Part shown: one piece after another, positions 27,201-37,233 of the stretch
Layout of the letters: the number at the start of each line of letters is the position of its first letter
Numbering within the stretch: the stretch's first letter is position 1
Assembly: GCA_903813345.2 (NCBI GenBank)
Contig: CAIIXF020000001.1
Span: 36,704,001 to 36,768,000, forward strand
DNA: 64,000 nt
DNA from: Owenia fusiformis
Lineage: Eukaryota
Reading direction: 5' to 3'
Program-made: the position numbers and the translations under genes
The notes under the pieces: model-generated
The model's database searches: none
Seen by the model: only the letters and a program-made list of their open reading frames with translations
What the model was told of the DNA's origin: nothing

Positions 27201-30200
27201 TAGCGTGCCGGTTACCGGTACTGGTTTTTAGTACCGTTGCGACCTCTAATGGACAGTAGTCCATCAAAACCCAATACATGCACCTGGCAATGTATTCACA
27301 AATGTGTACATGTATACTGATAGTAAACATATATTGGCCTAACCTGTATTGTACATAAGAAATACAATGAGACATACCTTGCGCAGTTTCTAGCTTGAGG
27401 ACCTTTAGAAGACCATCTTCACCACCACATGCTATATAACCTTGGTCTTTGTTCCAGGAGACACATCTCAGCCGTGTATTATTTGGGATGGCGATCTGAA
27501 CAAAAAAAATTTGCCTTGAAGTGTTAAGAGGCTATTTAGGGTGTGAATGGGCTTCTACAGTACTTCAACATGCATTTTTAATATGAATGTTTGGTCTTGT
27601 AGGGACTCATGTTTTATATATCATTTTATTAACACTGGAACAGTAAGTAATTAAACACTGAACACATTAATGTTAAATACAAGTAGTATTCTATGTGGAA
27701 CATCTGACAATTCATGAAACTAACCCATGGGCTACAATCCCTTTGTAATTGTGATGAAACCTAAAATAAGATGTAAGATAAGACATTGTATGTGGATCTG
27801 CTTATTCGCATATACTGGATATATTCAAGTTTGTTTGTTATACTCAGTAATATCAAAAATTTTCTTTATCTTTCAATACACATGAGTGACAAAAATTGCA
27901 TAAATCAAAATCACTTGAATGGTTTGCTGTTCTAAAAACTCTGATTAGCCTAGTTGTTTAGCAAAACACAAATGTATATTACTACATGCCTTCATTTAAC
28001 ACAACCATTTTGTGTATCAGATCTATGTCAAACTTTTTGTTCAAAATATATGATGTGTTAGTTACTCAAGCTGTGTGCCTTCTCAGACACACAGTTTGTT
28101 TCAATCACAAACTGTGCCAAGCAACACTGCATCATACAAGTTGGTGCCTGTGTTTTCAAACATTATTTTAATGTGTTTACTGATTGTTTACTCGTTTAAT
28201 GCCTTCATTCGGTGGCAAATATATGATTCTACCCTGTGATAATGAAAACTATGTGTAAATGAATATAGGTTTTTAAACATGAGCTGATTAATGACCTTTT
28301 TGTCACTGATTTTTTAAGAAATAACCAGCTGCCAGAACGGATGCATAATTCCAAGGACAATAGTAAAATGGAACCCTCTGTCTAGTGATATTTTGGACAG
28401 TGATGGCTTATCCAGTTTTAAATCTTCTATCAAGCAGCTTAACAATTAAAGGCCCACTTTGCATATTTTCAATGCATTTGGACAAAATAAAGACTTTTAT
28501 TTGAATTCTATAGAATGTCAAATGTATTGATAAGAACCTTATCTTTCATTTGACACCAACAACAGCTCAACAGCTCAGTTTTTATCAATGTCATTGAAAG
28601 ATGGCGAAGTTGTTTGTATTACATGATACATTCATTTTTATAGAAGTGTCGTCATCTTTTAAATCAAAAGTAATTAAAACAAGCACTTTGTTTAGCATGT
28701 GCATGCATGTCTAATGATCTCTGAACTTTAAATGCTTTTTTCTATATGAGTTATTTTTTCCTTGAATCAACATCAAAGCAAATCAAACTTTGTTTCATAT
28801 TTGAACGAGTGTGTGAGTAATATGTTTCAATGATAATTTTGTTCTTTTTTCTTCTAATTTAAGTATAGTGGGCCTTTAACCCCCCTATCACATCAAACTA
28901 GTTCTTACCCGTTCTTGCCAGTCCTACGAAAATGTCGTAAAAAGGCTCGATCTGGCTGCGGTCGGGATATATGTCTAAAATAATTAGCTACTTCGTTCAT
29001 AAACAGTCTTCAATATGTCCATCACGTTCGCAGTTCGTTCAGGTCGCACCACGTCGGTGTGCAACGTAGTATAATCCGTCTCTTAGTCTAGAAGGTCATC
29101 ATGACCTGATTACAGAACGGTATGGTCGCCATCGAATTTTGAATCAATTCAAAATTCTAAATCACATACCCCGTCCGGGAAAGTCCATGAAGTTCGTAAA
29201 CAGACCGTAGAACGTTGTAGCTACGTTCATTCATTTCGCACACAGTTTAAAACCGATTCGGCAACGTTTTGATGATCACCAGAAAATGTTGAGCATGCTT
29301 TAAGTGCTGGAGGACCTACTCGTTCGAGTAGTTTCATGAAGTTTGTAAACAGATCCCAAACGGTTCTTAGTGGGTTCGTAGTACGTCAAATCCGTTCGTG
29401 CACAGTTTAAGCTCGTTTTCGAGAACGTAGTGAGAACTAGTTTGGTGTGATAGTAGGGTTAGCAAGTGATCAAGATATTAGCTTGAAAGCCCATAGTTAA
29501 ACTATATTTCAGCTTCTAATGGGCTTATTAGCCTTTTGCATATTATCGATGTAGATGTAATAGGTGACAGTACCATTCTTTACCTAAGTCTTATTTTTCA
29601 CGATCAAAATAGTCAATTAAATCAGGAGGAGGAAGACTTTATTCAACAAAATATTTTACTGTTTGACCAGGCTGTTTGATTGACACCCCGGGAGTTTCAC
29701 TCCAATATGCCTCTTAATACTGCGCCAAAGACCCCCTTTTTGAGCATTTTTTCCATCTCAATTTCCTCTCAACATGGAAAGTTTCAAAGTATACTTCCTC
29801 TCAGACTTATCAATTTCAGCATTGAGAAGTGTAAATTCAGTTCAAAGCATCTATAAAGGGAGTCCCACTTATAGATTTTTAAGATCCGCCACGTTTCAAG
29901 AGGAATATCAGTTGAAATAATGTTCATCCAGGGGGTTTCTTTGCAGATAATAAAATTATATATTAGTCTTGATGAAATATCCAAACTTAAATATATTTTG
30001 ACACTGGTCGATGATCGTTGAATGGCCCCCCTGCACTAATTGTTGCACCTTTAAAATTAGCAGATTTATCCGCATAAAACTGGTAATTATTTCTAACATA
30101 ATTTCATACTTTTTTATCCAATCAAAACGCTGGAATTTCCCCTCCAAATTTTTCCTCCATTCTTCCTTTTTACCCTTTACTTCATTCACATTCCATAAAC

Positions 30201-30639
30201 TCAAACGTCAACATCCTATATTTTCAGGTAAGAAATTTTGCATTCTGCTAAAACTTGAACTTGTAGACTTTATTTTTGTATTTTATAATACTTTGTATTG
30301 ATTCACAGTCCATGAACTCATACGTCAACATCCTATATTTTCAGGGATCTCAATTCTCTGGTGATCTAGGATGCAAACCAACTGAGTGACTAGCCGATAT
30401 CTCAGGCAATATGCAGAACCACCTTGTAGAAGGACATTGATTGTCTATTGATATGGATATTTCTTTTTCAATTCTTATTTTAGTTTTTCAAGATTCCTAT
30501 AATCTGATTGAAGATAAAAAATTGACAGGTTCACCTAGAGACCAATACATTTTCAATGTTGAACCTTTAATCTGAGGCCTTATTGATCAAACGTGGTTTT
30601 GAAATGATGACTCACCTTCTTGCTAAGGTATATAAACAT
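219..30639 (-). CDS. WDR35: WD repeat-containing protein 35 / IFT121 (IFT-A subunit); multi-exon, 3'-partial (continues past window start)
   Basis: 27 GT-AG exons with consistent phases: 30616-30639 (MFIYLSKK), 27378-27495 ([36 protein letters not shown]), 26135-26209, 25910-26002, 25452-25553, 24986-25065, 24650-24730, 24293-24357, 23855-23955, 23118-23263, 22695-22820, 21753-21845, 21485-21577, 20229-20425, 19705-19774, 19137-19190, 15897-16006, 15472-15613, 15042-15110, 14375-14503, 5552-5640 ([30 protein letters not shown]), 2162-2279, 1727-1812, 1325-1471, 1001-1133, 703-765, 219-431. Sum 2817 nt = 939 codons, open. Motifs such as [39 protein letters not shown] and [16 protein letters not shown] are recognisable as WDR35. 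Confidence 0.97.
2784..4543 (-). mobile_element. ORF1-only non-LTR retroelement (HAL1-like), poly(A)-tailed, inserted in the minisatellite
   Basis: On the minus strand the 3' end reads AATAAA-(TTGAA)n-poly(A), seen as the T-run 2784-2805. Both boundaries with the 37-bp array are sharp. It holds one ORF1-like frame and about 520 bp of AT-rich 3' UTR, with no endonuclease/RT frame. Confidence 0.8.
3325..4416 (-). pseudogene. LINE ORF1p-like protein (S/T-rich N-terminus, coiled coil, RRM, CTD) with one in-frame TAA at 4183-4185
   Basis: ORF-track ORFs 4183-4440 and 3325-4176 share a frame; ATG at 4416. A heptad coiled coil is followed by [39 protein letters not shown] and WMFNGKIF, the typical L1/CR1/L2-group ORF1 signature. 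Confidence 0.85.
5798..5955. mobile_element. Tc1/pogo-type MITE
   Basis: TA-flanked TIRs CAGTGAAACCTGT ... ACAGGTTTTACTG. Related partial copies lie near 13604-13745, 51655-51740 and 56530-56690. Confidence 0.7.
6648..7061. mobile_element. TTAA-flanked fold-back MITE (Kolobok/piggyBac-type), copy 1
   Basis: 414 bp near-palindrome GGACAGGGTGCATG ... CATGCACCCTGACC with TTAA on both sides; nearly identical to 45024-45437. Confidence 0.85.
7177..11634. mobile_element. Long-TIR DNA element (Mutator/foldback-like), itself interrupted by a 3.4-kb insertion
   Basis: Termini GGTTTGTAGAAAAAACCGGGTACCGGGTA / TACCCGGTACCCGGTTTTTTCTACAAACC. The TIR is about 270 bp (left arm 7177-7238 plus 10650-10862, right arm about 11375-11634). 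Direct repeat AGAACACACATG at 7165-7176 and 11635-11646. Confidence 0.8.
7239..10640. mobile_element. 3.4-kb non-autonomous DNA transposon with TAGT termini and 9-bp TSD (Academ/AcademH-like)
   Basis: Ends TAGTTCAACGTCGTTAAAC / GTCTAATGTTGTTGGACTA; perfect TSD GGTTCAAAC at 7230-7238 and 10641-10649. Its right end (10294-10640) recurs at 31197-31540. Superfamily assignment is inferred from termini and TSD only. Confidence 0.7.
11778..13169 (+). CDS. Tripartite-motif (RING-Bbox1-Bbox2-coiled coil) putative E3 ubiquitin ligase, TRIM45/56-like, 463 aa, intronless CDS
   Basis: ATG in CAAAATGGCG context. RING: CKIC...CLHTFCEGC...CPVC followed by LRANFLI. B-box1: CEFC...CLDC...C..H...H...H. B-box2: CNTH...[13 protein letters not shown]...H..H. 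Then a long coiled coil and a Q/N-rich tail. Putative acceptor TTTTTCAG just upstream (about 11749). Lies antisense in WDR35 intron 20. Confidence 0.9.
   Translation: MATSLSEEVKQDLIECKICLEVMKTPKVLNCLHTFCEGCIEDLGRKMDQKDDISCPVCRNVTTLPPGGVKALRANFLINTLQDALGKSTQLVKCEFCDDTCSFMCLDCNDKMCSSHGSSHCSTKFTRGHKVVPMDDVNAGKYAKEILASQFIECNTHQGKCVEFYCTQCEMMLCVSCKILNHEGHKCTSLEEAGKSEMATIEETLSEMADMNKVLKQFKSELEKAQTNLIQDRASIVTTIDKIADKMYNEIRRQQAELKFELNSIFNSQTKSYELEKEEIEMNIASVNSGIEFEETLLKHGRPVDVLSFAEHVKDNVKGIMSSFNDKCQQLTKLEEKQNHNKWDVLECEQVGIPQQYWQQKQQQCRRRHRTAHTILKRTQTEMDPQQPNQQSQRGKWSRSMKTGITLSFQENIQMTNPILGNTQLVQQVRGMQRPNMRQNMQPNLQNFGNICSQNITVQINGC
14544..14710. mobile_element. Short MITE
   Basis: TIR CAGGCCCAGAGC / GCTTTGGGCCTG flanked by direct repeat AAATG (14539-14543, 14711-14715). 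Confidence 0.65.
16198..16866 (+). mobile_element. Helentron-associated non-autonomous element (HINE/DINE-1-like)
   Basis: Repeated AAAATGGC/GCCATTTT cores, a (CGTA)n/(GACG)n microsatellite at about 16789-16823, and a terminal hairpin TATCCC..CGAACTTCGTTCG..GGGATA. The same 3' end occurs at 35834-35908. Confidence 0.65.
17772..19008. mobile_element. Non-autonomous DNA transposon with CAC...GTG termini and 5-bp TSD (Transib/RAG-like signature)
   Basis: TIRs CACCCTGTTATAGCATGATGGTTACGTCA vs CACCCTGTTATAGCATAACGGTTACGACA (reverse complement of right end). TSD ATACT at 17767-17771 and 19009-19013. No intact ORF. Confidence 0.75.
19803..20135. mobile_element. TTAA-flanked MITE (Kolobok-like); half copies at 7120-7176 plus 11647-11723 and at 31541-31700
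   Basis: TTAA-GGCTCAGCTGGAAAGTAACATTTT ... AAAATGTTATTTTCCAGCTGTACC-TTAA, with shared core GACAATGTAATGATACTTTCCTGAAAAAAGCAAGGAA. Confidence 0.7.
22102..22239. mobile_element. Small palindromic MITE
   Basis: Imperfect inverted repeats AGTCACATTTGCTCCGATTCAT / ATGAATCAAAGCAAATGTAACT. Confidence 0.5.
26417..27248 (-). mobile_element. Internally deleted hAT transposon retaining the C-terminal dimerisation-domain coding relic (26685-26900)
   Basis: TAGAGG...CCTCTA termini, perfect 8-bp TSD ATGGACAG (26409-26416, 27249-27256) and subterminal ACCGGT repeats. Peptide LEFWK...[26 protein letters not shown]...[12 protein letters not shown] matches the hAT dimerisation motif. Confidence 0.92.
28450..28875. 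mobile_element. TTAA-flanked MITE (Kolobok-like)
   Basis: TTAA-AGGCCCACT ... AGTGGGCCT-TTAA. Confidence 0.6.
28878..29461. mobile_element. TIR element (possibly PIF/Harbinger-like), CpG-rich interior
   Basis: AACCCCCCTATCACATCAAACTAGTTCT ... AGAACTAGTTTGGTGTGATAGTAGGGTT, with internal repeated GTTCG motifs. Confidence 0.65.
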
Positions 30640-30990
30640 TCTGACAGTATCCTCAAGGACAGAATTGAAGATATTCGATTTAAAGTGGAGTAAATTTCAA
30701 ATTTGCAAAAATATTTCCGCCATTGTAAAACTATGCTGCGAGATCTCGTTTTGATAGAAAGCCCGGGAAACACACACATGGTACAGCTTGCGCAATTATG
30801 CGCATTAACTTTGATTCCTTTTCCTACGTCTAAAATGAATTTTCCCTATTACATTTCTTTTTTCTTAGATATTTTGATTTAGATCAAAGCATATTATTTA
30901 GATGAAACGAGTTTTTTAACATTTTGATGTTGCACTGACTTAATTTCTCGTGTGTGGTTTAGTTCTTCATCCGGGTGTTCTTTCTTTTCT
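30640..30990. promoter_or_regulatory. Bidirectional WDR35/RPL30 promoter with TCT / 5'TOP initiator
   Basis: Only about 340 bp separate the WDR35 ATG (30639, minus) from the pyrimidine tract TTCTTTCTTTTCT (30978-30990). That tract precedes a short non-coding exon ending CAG|GTTGGT at 31010; the next acceptor TTTCAG ends at 31130. Confidence 0.65.
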
Positions 30991-31157
30991 AAAACGTGTT
31001 TTTGGCGCAGGTTGGTATAAAATTCAGAGCCACAAAATCCCCATTTTATGCGTTATTTTCACAATTACAGGCATACAATCGTGTTATACGTGTACTTTAT
31101 TTATCAAATATATAACGTCTTGTGTTTCAGATCACCAAAGCACATACTTCTGTCAAA

Positions 31158-33499
31158 ATGGTTGCCGCAAAGAAATCTGTAAGCACCCTTGATAAAATTC
31201 CTGATATGATTTGCAATTTCGATGTTACCGGAGCTGACCGATATTTTCGTAAAATTCCAAACCTGTCTCCAATATTTTCGTAATTATGCATCAATATGGT
31301 CTAAGGGGGGTATGGGATGGTGTGTATGTATTTATAAGGTTTGTATGCATGCTTGAATCACATTCTTTATGTAATATTACCATGTTTTCGGAGTTTAATT
31401 AGTTCCGCTTGTCGGAACCTGCTGAACGACTAAATTAACGCATCAAGGGCAAAATGGTCATGGAGGTTAGACCCAGCCGGGGCCATAAGACATGTCAGAT
31501 AAGAAACGAGGCCCAGGCTAGGTCTAATGTTGTTGGACTAAACGCCTACCAGATATTCTAAAAGAAGACAATGTAATGATACTTTCCTGAAAAAAGCAAG
31601 GAAATTGATACATGCCTTCATACTTTATTTTGTACCAGAAAATAACATGTGCGGGTATAGCAATTTTTTACCAAAATGTTACTTTCCAGCTGTACCTTAA
31701 CTTGACATATAATAGACTTGAAATAATAATTTGTAGTCGAGAATATTGCAAAGAAATGTAAAATAGTGCAATGAAATGTAAAAAGATTTATTGTTAGATG
31801 GCCACCCAACAGTAATGTCGAAGTTACCCCATTATGTCAATGTTCTACCACCCTACCTTTTTCAAAATCTATCTGATCTGTAAGTTATGGATAGCCTTTG
31901 TTCTCATAGTATAGGACATTTATTTAGTAATCTTAACGGCTGAAACTGAAATACTGAATTCAGCTGCTTACTTTTATCTCAAAATGTTTCCTACATCTCC
32001 ATACCTTGTTTGCGAAAATCTGTAAGTTATCCGCTACTTTAGTGCTGATCAGGACTTGTCTTTATCCCAAAGTGGACATTTTCTTGCGAGAAATCAAAAA
32101 CATTCAGTATACCACAGTACATTACAGTAGTGTGAAACGTACACAGACCAAACTAGATCTAATGTCCAAGCTTTTAAGTCCTTTGCGAATCATTCAAACC
32201 AAAAATGAGGAACTCGCAGTGAAATATAAATTTTCCTTGTAGAAAAAGGCTATTGAGAGCATCAACTCTCGCCTTGCCCTGGTGATGAAAAGTGGAAAGT
32301 ATGTCCTAGGATACAAGCAGACATTGAAGACTCTCCGTCAAGGAAAAGCCAAACTTGTAATCATTGCCAACAACACCCCTCCCCTCAGGTGAGTTTTGTG
32401 TATATTAACAATTCTGATTTGGATCAACAAAATTCATAGGACTAGAAGTATTCTTGAATCTAATACTATAGTAGTATATGATCAATTCATTTGAAGAAAA
32501 CTCAAATGTCACAGAGAGAAAACATTAGTTATGTCAGGACTTTTTGAATTATTTATTGATTGCCATGACATTATGCAGTTATGTCATATAGTCTTGACTT
32601 CGGAGCCCTGGCTGAGATGAAGTCAAATATTTCTCATTTGTATGTTTTATACTTGAAGATGAATCAGCCCCATGGTGAAGGTACAGTAGTATAGTGTGGA
32701 GTAGCTTGCAACAAAACCATCATGCAAACTGCAATTTCATTGTAAAAGCAATTAATATGGTACTACTGATCTCTAATTTATAACAAAATATTTGCAAAAC
32801 ATCTGACAGTAGTATTTGGATCTAAACTGTGTGTGTAAACTAGTTGAGCACTTGAGTACAGTATCAATTAGTTGTATTTGTATAAATTGTCATTTTACTG
32901 ATTTTATTAATATATTCTTGTTGGATATAGATGTAAACTTGATGTCTTGTATTGTAGGAAGAGTGAGATTGAATACTATGCTATGTTGGCTAAGACTGGA
33001 GTCCATCACTATAATGGGAACAACATTGAGCTTGGAACATCCTGTGGTAAATACTTCCATGTGACCACCTTGAGCATCACTGATCCAGGTTTGTATATTT
33101 GTAAAGCACTCTTGAAATAATATGAGAATGACCATTTGGATTAAAGTTGAAAAATCTCAATCACTGGCCTTATATTTAAAGATAAATTCGAGGTATCAAA
33201 AGGTTCATGTTTCAATATATGACTGTACAAATGCAATCATGTTGTATCTATATTTTAATATGTTTTTATGTTATGTTTTCTAACTATTTAAATAGTCTAA
33301 ATTGATTTGAAAAAAAGATGTTTTGTTAGGCAGTACTTTCTTGACTTGTGAGGAACTTTTCACTAATTGAAAAGTGAGTTTTTTGTACCTTTTTCACAGA
33401 CTTGATTAAAACTGATCTTTATTCTTTGTATTTTGTGTGATTCCAGGAGATTCTGACATCATCAGGAGCATGCCAGGGGCTGGTGAACAAACTGCCTAA
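31158..33499 (+). CDS. RPL30: 60S ribosomal protein L30 (eL30), 116 aa
   Basis: Exons 31158-31178, 32243-32388, 32958-33088 and 33447-33499 (351 nt) give [116 protein letters not shown]; all introns GT-AG. Confidence 0.98.
31197..31700. mobile_element. Right end of the Academ-like element (31197-31540) abutting half of the TTAA MITE (31541-31700), inside an RPL30 intron
   Basis: Aligns by eye with 10294-10640, including an identical terminus AGCCGGGGCCATAAGACATGTCAGATAAGAAACGAGGCCCAGGCTAGGTCTAATGTTGTTGGACTA. Also aligns with 20050-20139 and 11643-11723. Confidence 0.8.
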
Positions 33500-34268
33500 C
33501 CAGCAACTTGTCCCCCCAAGAAACAACCATGGAACATTGCAGCACAATCAGAACTTTATGGAAACATCAAAAGACTGAATGAAATTTATTGATAATTATT
33601 TGTGCTACAATACAAATGGTGATATGACGTGCTGTTTTATGTTCATTGTGGTACTGAATGTATTTTTATCCCAAGAAATAGGGATATAGTGAAGTGCCTT
33701 ATGGGGGTAGAAGTTCTGCTCGTAAGTTCAAAATTTTGTGCCATATGGACAGTAAATTACTGTGTAGGTACAAAATATAAAACTAATAGCAATATGTTTT
33801 AAATTGTGCACACAATTAGCGCTTATTCCTTCCAGCAGGCTGATTGGCTGAATAGGTCAGTGCGGTTGGTGTAAAAGGATTTATGACCAGAGTTCATGGC
33901 TTAAAGTCTTCAGGAATTTCAGGGAATTTCAGGAAAAAATTGACCGAAATCTGACCCCATTAAGTTCAATACAAATCTGGATGTATTTCTAGGGGGGAGT
34001 AGGGGTCAAACAAGGGTTTCAAAATTAAAGTCATATTTGTTAAATTTTTTCCTATGAAAAATACTTTTTCCTCCACATTTGAAAGTATATGTTATGGGTC
34101 TACCTCTACATTACTCTAAAAGCACTTATTCAAATCTCATTTTTCCAAAATTTCTTGGAGGGAGGACCCGCCAAAACCCAACGTTTGCTTGGTCCGCGTC
34201 GCAATTCAATTTTCAGGAAATTTTAAATTTGTTGCTTTTAGCCATGATTGTGGGTGAGGGCTGCTAAA

Positions 34269-34348
34269 TAGTCCACCCCCACCCCCTCTCTTTACCTGGC
34301 AAGGATAAAGGGGGGGGGGGGAAGTACAGGGTCTTTTAAGCAAGACTA
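34269..34348. mobile_element. 80-bp miniature element with TAGTC/GACTA ends and 9-bp TSD (Academ-like MITE); relative at 49385-49493
   Basis: TSD GCTGCTAAA at 34260-34268 and 34349-34357. The right end GGGTCTT..AAGCAAGACTA is shared with 49475-49493. Confidence 0.65.
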
Positions 34349-35269
34349 GCTGCTAAACTAAACGATATACTAGGCAGAGGGTAGTTTATAACTAGAGGCT
34401 GCATGCAGGGTAGATTTTTGCTGTAACTTGAAAAGCAGTAGAATGATTTTACTCATATTCGATGGCGCACTGTTTTATTACACTAGAAGGCGTCCATTTT
34501 GAAAATAGCCACCATTTTTACCTGTTATTTTAGTATAGCTCAAAAAGTAATAAAGCGAGTTCATTCATACATGGTGAGCCAAAAAAGGTAGTTTGGTGGG
34601 TTTAGTGTCATATTGGCCTTGTCCAGTGTATTGTCATTCTACCAAGTTTCAGTGGTCTATCTCTCTGAGAAGTGGTCACAATTTTTTGCCCATTTTACAA
34701 AACATGCAATATGTCTTGTGGCCAACTTGAACGTTGGGCGTAGTTGTTCACAACACAGCATAAACATCTCGTGTTATGGCTCTCAACTTCCTTCTTATCT
34801 CTCAATGTTTCAAGTGTTGTTAGTGTAGAAAATAGCCCCATAGGCAAACTGATATATAGAAATCTTGTGGAACTTCGGTTAGTGAGGCACATTTCGGCAT
34901 TTTAAGGTTGTTTCGTAAATGGCCTTAAAATCGCGACTATTAGGGATAAACCCATGACACTTAGTAGAATGGAAGAACATTATCAAGGTTTAATTGTGCA
35001 AAATATGATTTTAAACCCATGCTGAATGATTGAGTTATTAACATACAATTGTTTGGGTTACCTTTTTTGGCTCGCCCTGTATTTGATACGTGAATTCTGA
35101 ATACTCGTAAGCACCATGGCACATTGTCTTAGACACCATTCCGCAGTACTAATCAGGTAATAACTAGATAAGGGCAACTCCGCGGAGTAGCAAATCCCAA
35201 CGAACAAAATATCAATTACCGAATTCCAATCAATTTTACTCATTACTTTGGTTAAAATTGAAAAATTAA

Positions 35270-35908
35270 AATTTTAGAATTGCGAATTCTTGCAAAGCAG
35301 CCATTTTGAATTTTCTGAGGTACAAATCTGAAAAATAATACCATAATTGTGATCTACTCCGAAATTCCTTCAATTTGAGTTTAATATAGCCATACTTTGA
35401 AGGGATCGGAAAATTATGGCGAAATCGTACATTAGACGGCCATTTTGAATTTTACGAGGCTCGAATCAGAAAAAAGACACAATATTTGCAATCTACTCTT
35501 AATTGCCTCTCATTTGAGTATAATAAAGCTATACTTCAGAAAGATCTTAAAATTAGCGAAAATTTCTGTTTTCCTGACCCCCCCCCCCCATACACGGCCC
35601 CTGGGGGTCAGGATGAAAAACACAGAATACATGTGAAAAAGATAGATGTTGCGAATATACTACCAAATTACTTTGGTTTAGAATGAAAAATGTATGATTT
35701 TTGCGAAAAAGTCCCGTCATTTTTAAAGCGGCGGCCATCTTGAAAAAAAAATGTTTGCGTAAAACTATTCACCAATATACATCTTTCCACTAAATATGAA
35801 GAAAATCCGTCGACTAGTATTTGAGTTATCTTCCGGACGGACTGACTGGCTGACGGACGGACGGAGGGCTTCACTATATCCCTACCGAACTTCGTTCGTT
35901 GGGATAAC
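35270..35908 (+). mobile_element. HINE/DINE-1-like element, 3' part (5' boundary uncertain)
   Basis: GCCATTTTGAA core repeats, a (GACG/GACT)n microsatellite at 35834-35864, and hairpin TATCCCTACCGAACTTCGTTCGTTGGGATA. Confidence 0.6.
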
Positions 35909-35979
35909 TAAACAATAAACCACTGTAATATTATTGGCCACGTCAGAGTCGTTCCGTTTTTTTAAAGGGCAAAACATAG

Positions 35980-36626
35980 TCACGTTACTGTTATGCGGTA
36001 AACACGATACAAAAATATGTCATATTCCGCAACGAATATGGCATATTCACTTGCGGTGTATGACAGATTCACCTGCGGTATATGGCATACAAAACTACCA
36101 ATGAGAACGTGATACGGAAGTACGCAATTGTCAATTGCATCGATGGAACGAACAAATAAAACTTTATAAATTATTATAAAGATTACTGAATGAACACTAC
36201 AGTGTATCGAATATATTAATTTAGCAGAAGTATCACTCACCAATCTCACGTGATAAACGTACTCAATCAATCCAGGATTCATATATTAGTACTCGACGCT
36301 AACAATATTTATAATCCAGCGTAGTTTTACATTTAGAGTCGATTCTCGCAACCAATCAAATCAAGGCTTTCTGTATCACGTTTTCACCTGCGGTATATGT
36401 CATATTCACCTGCGGTAAATGGGATATACCGAAAGTGAGTATGACATATTCCGCAGGTGAGTATCGGGTAGTCACTGAAATCAATGTATCGCATATTCAC
36501 TGCGGAATATCGCATACTTACCTGCGGAATATGCCATATACCGCAGGTGAGTATGGCATATTCACCCGTATCACAAATACCGCGCAACCATGAATGTATG
36601 CCATATTCCGCGTAACAGTTACTTTG
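35980..36626. mobile_element. Degenerate TIR element with ~21-bp subterminal tandem repeats
   Basis: GTTACTGTTATGCGG ... CCGCGTAACAGTTAC, with arrays of ATATGGCATATTCACCTGCGG in both orientations. Confidence 0.5.
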
Positions 36627-37233
36627 AATGATTTCTTGGAAAATCATATTTCCGATCAAGAACCAGAAAAAACGGAATGGCCATCGTAAAGAAGAGTATA
36701 TTCTGATATTCCGATTCAGAAAAGTGTTGGTTCAAAAATTGTTGATCAGGATTAGGCGTGCGGAATTAGCATCAAAATGGGTTGTAACATTCACGTTTTT
36801 CGCAGATGTTATTTTTCAGGACAAGTACGTCATTTTATCAAGTTTAGTTGACTGCTCACTTTCAATCTGTTGTTTCTCGGTCAATTCTTTTTAGAAAATT
36901 ACAAAAATAAATATTTGGAGAGACAAAATATGCTCGTTACATTGATATTACTTTTATTCCAAACAACACAATATTCAATATTGATATACAACAGAAAGGC
37001 ATTTTTGTTTTGCTTTTAATGGAACAAGTTTGAAGAACAAGACACACAGTGATAAATATCGCACTTTGAAGAGCAAACTGGCCACCATGCAATTCACCCA
37101 GCATGGCCAAAACCTAATCAGACCTTGGCACTAGTCTGCTCTTGCATCTGTAAACATTTCAAGTTGACAAGGTTAGCGGTTTTCCTACAATTTTGATGAC
37201 AAGAATTTATTTGTAGTCTTAGTAGGTGTTTTG

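Noticed and set aside
29784..30204. Two minus-strand ORFs vaguely like an L1/Tx1 ORF2 C-terminal region
   Set aside because: Only scattered W/IY residues match, with no diagnostic motif; this needs BLASTX.
30640..30960. RFX X-box expected for a ciliary gene
   Set aside because: No adequate match to the GTTGCCATGGCAAC-type consensus was seen.
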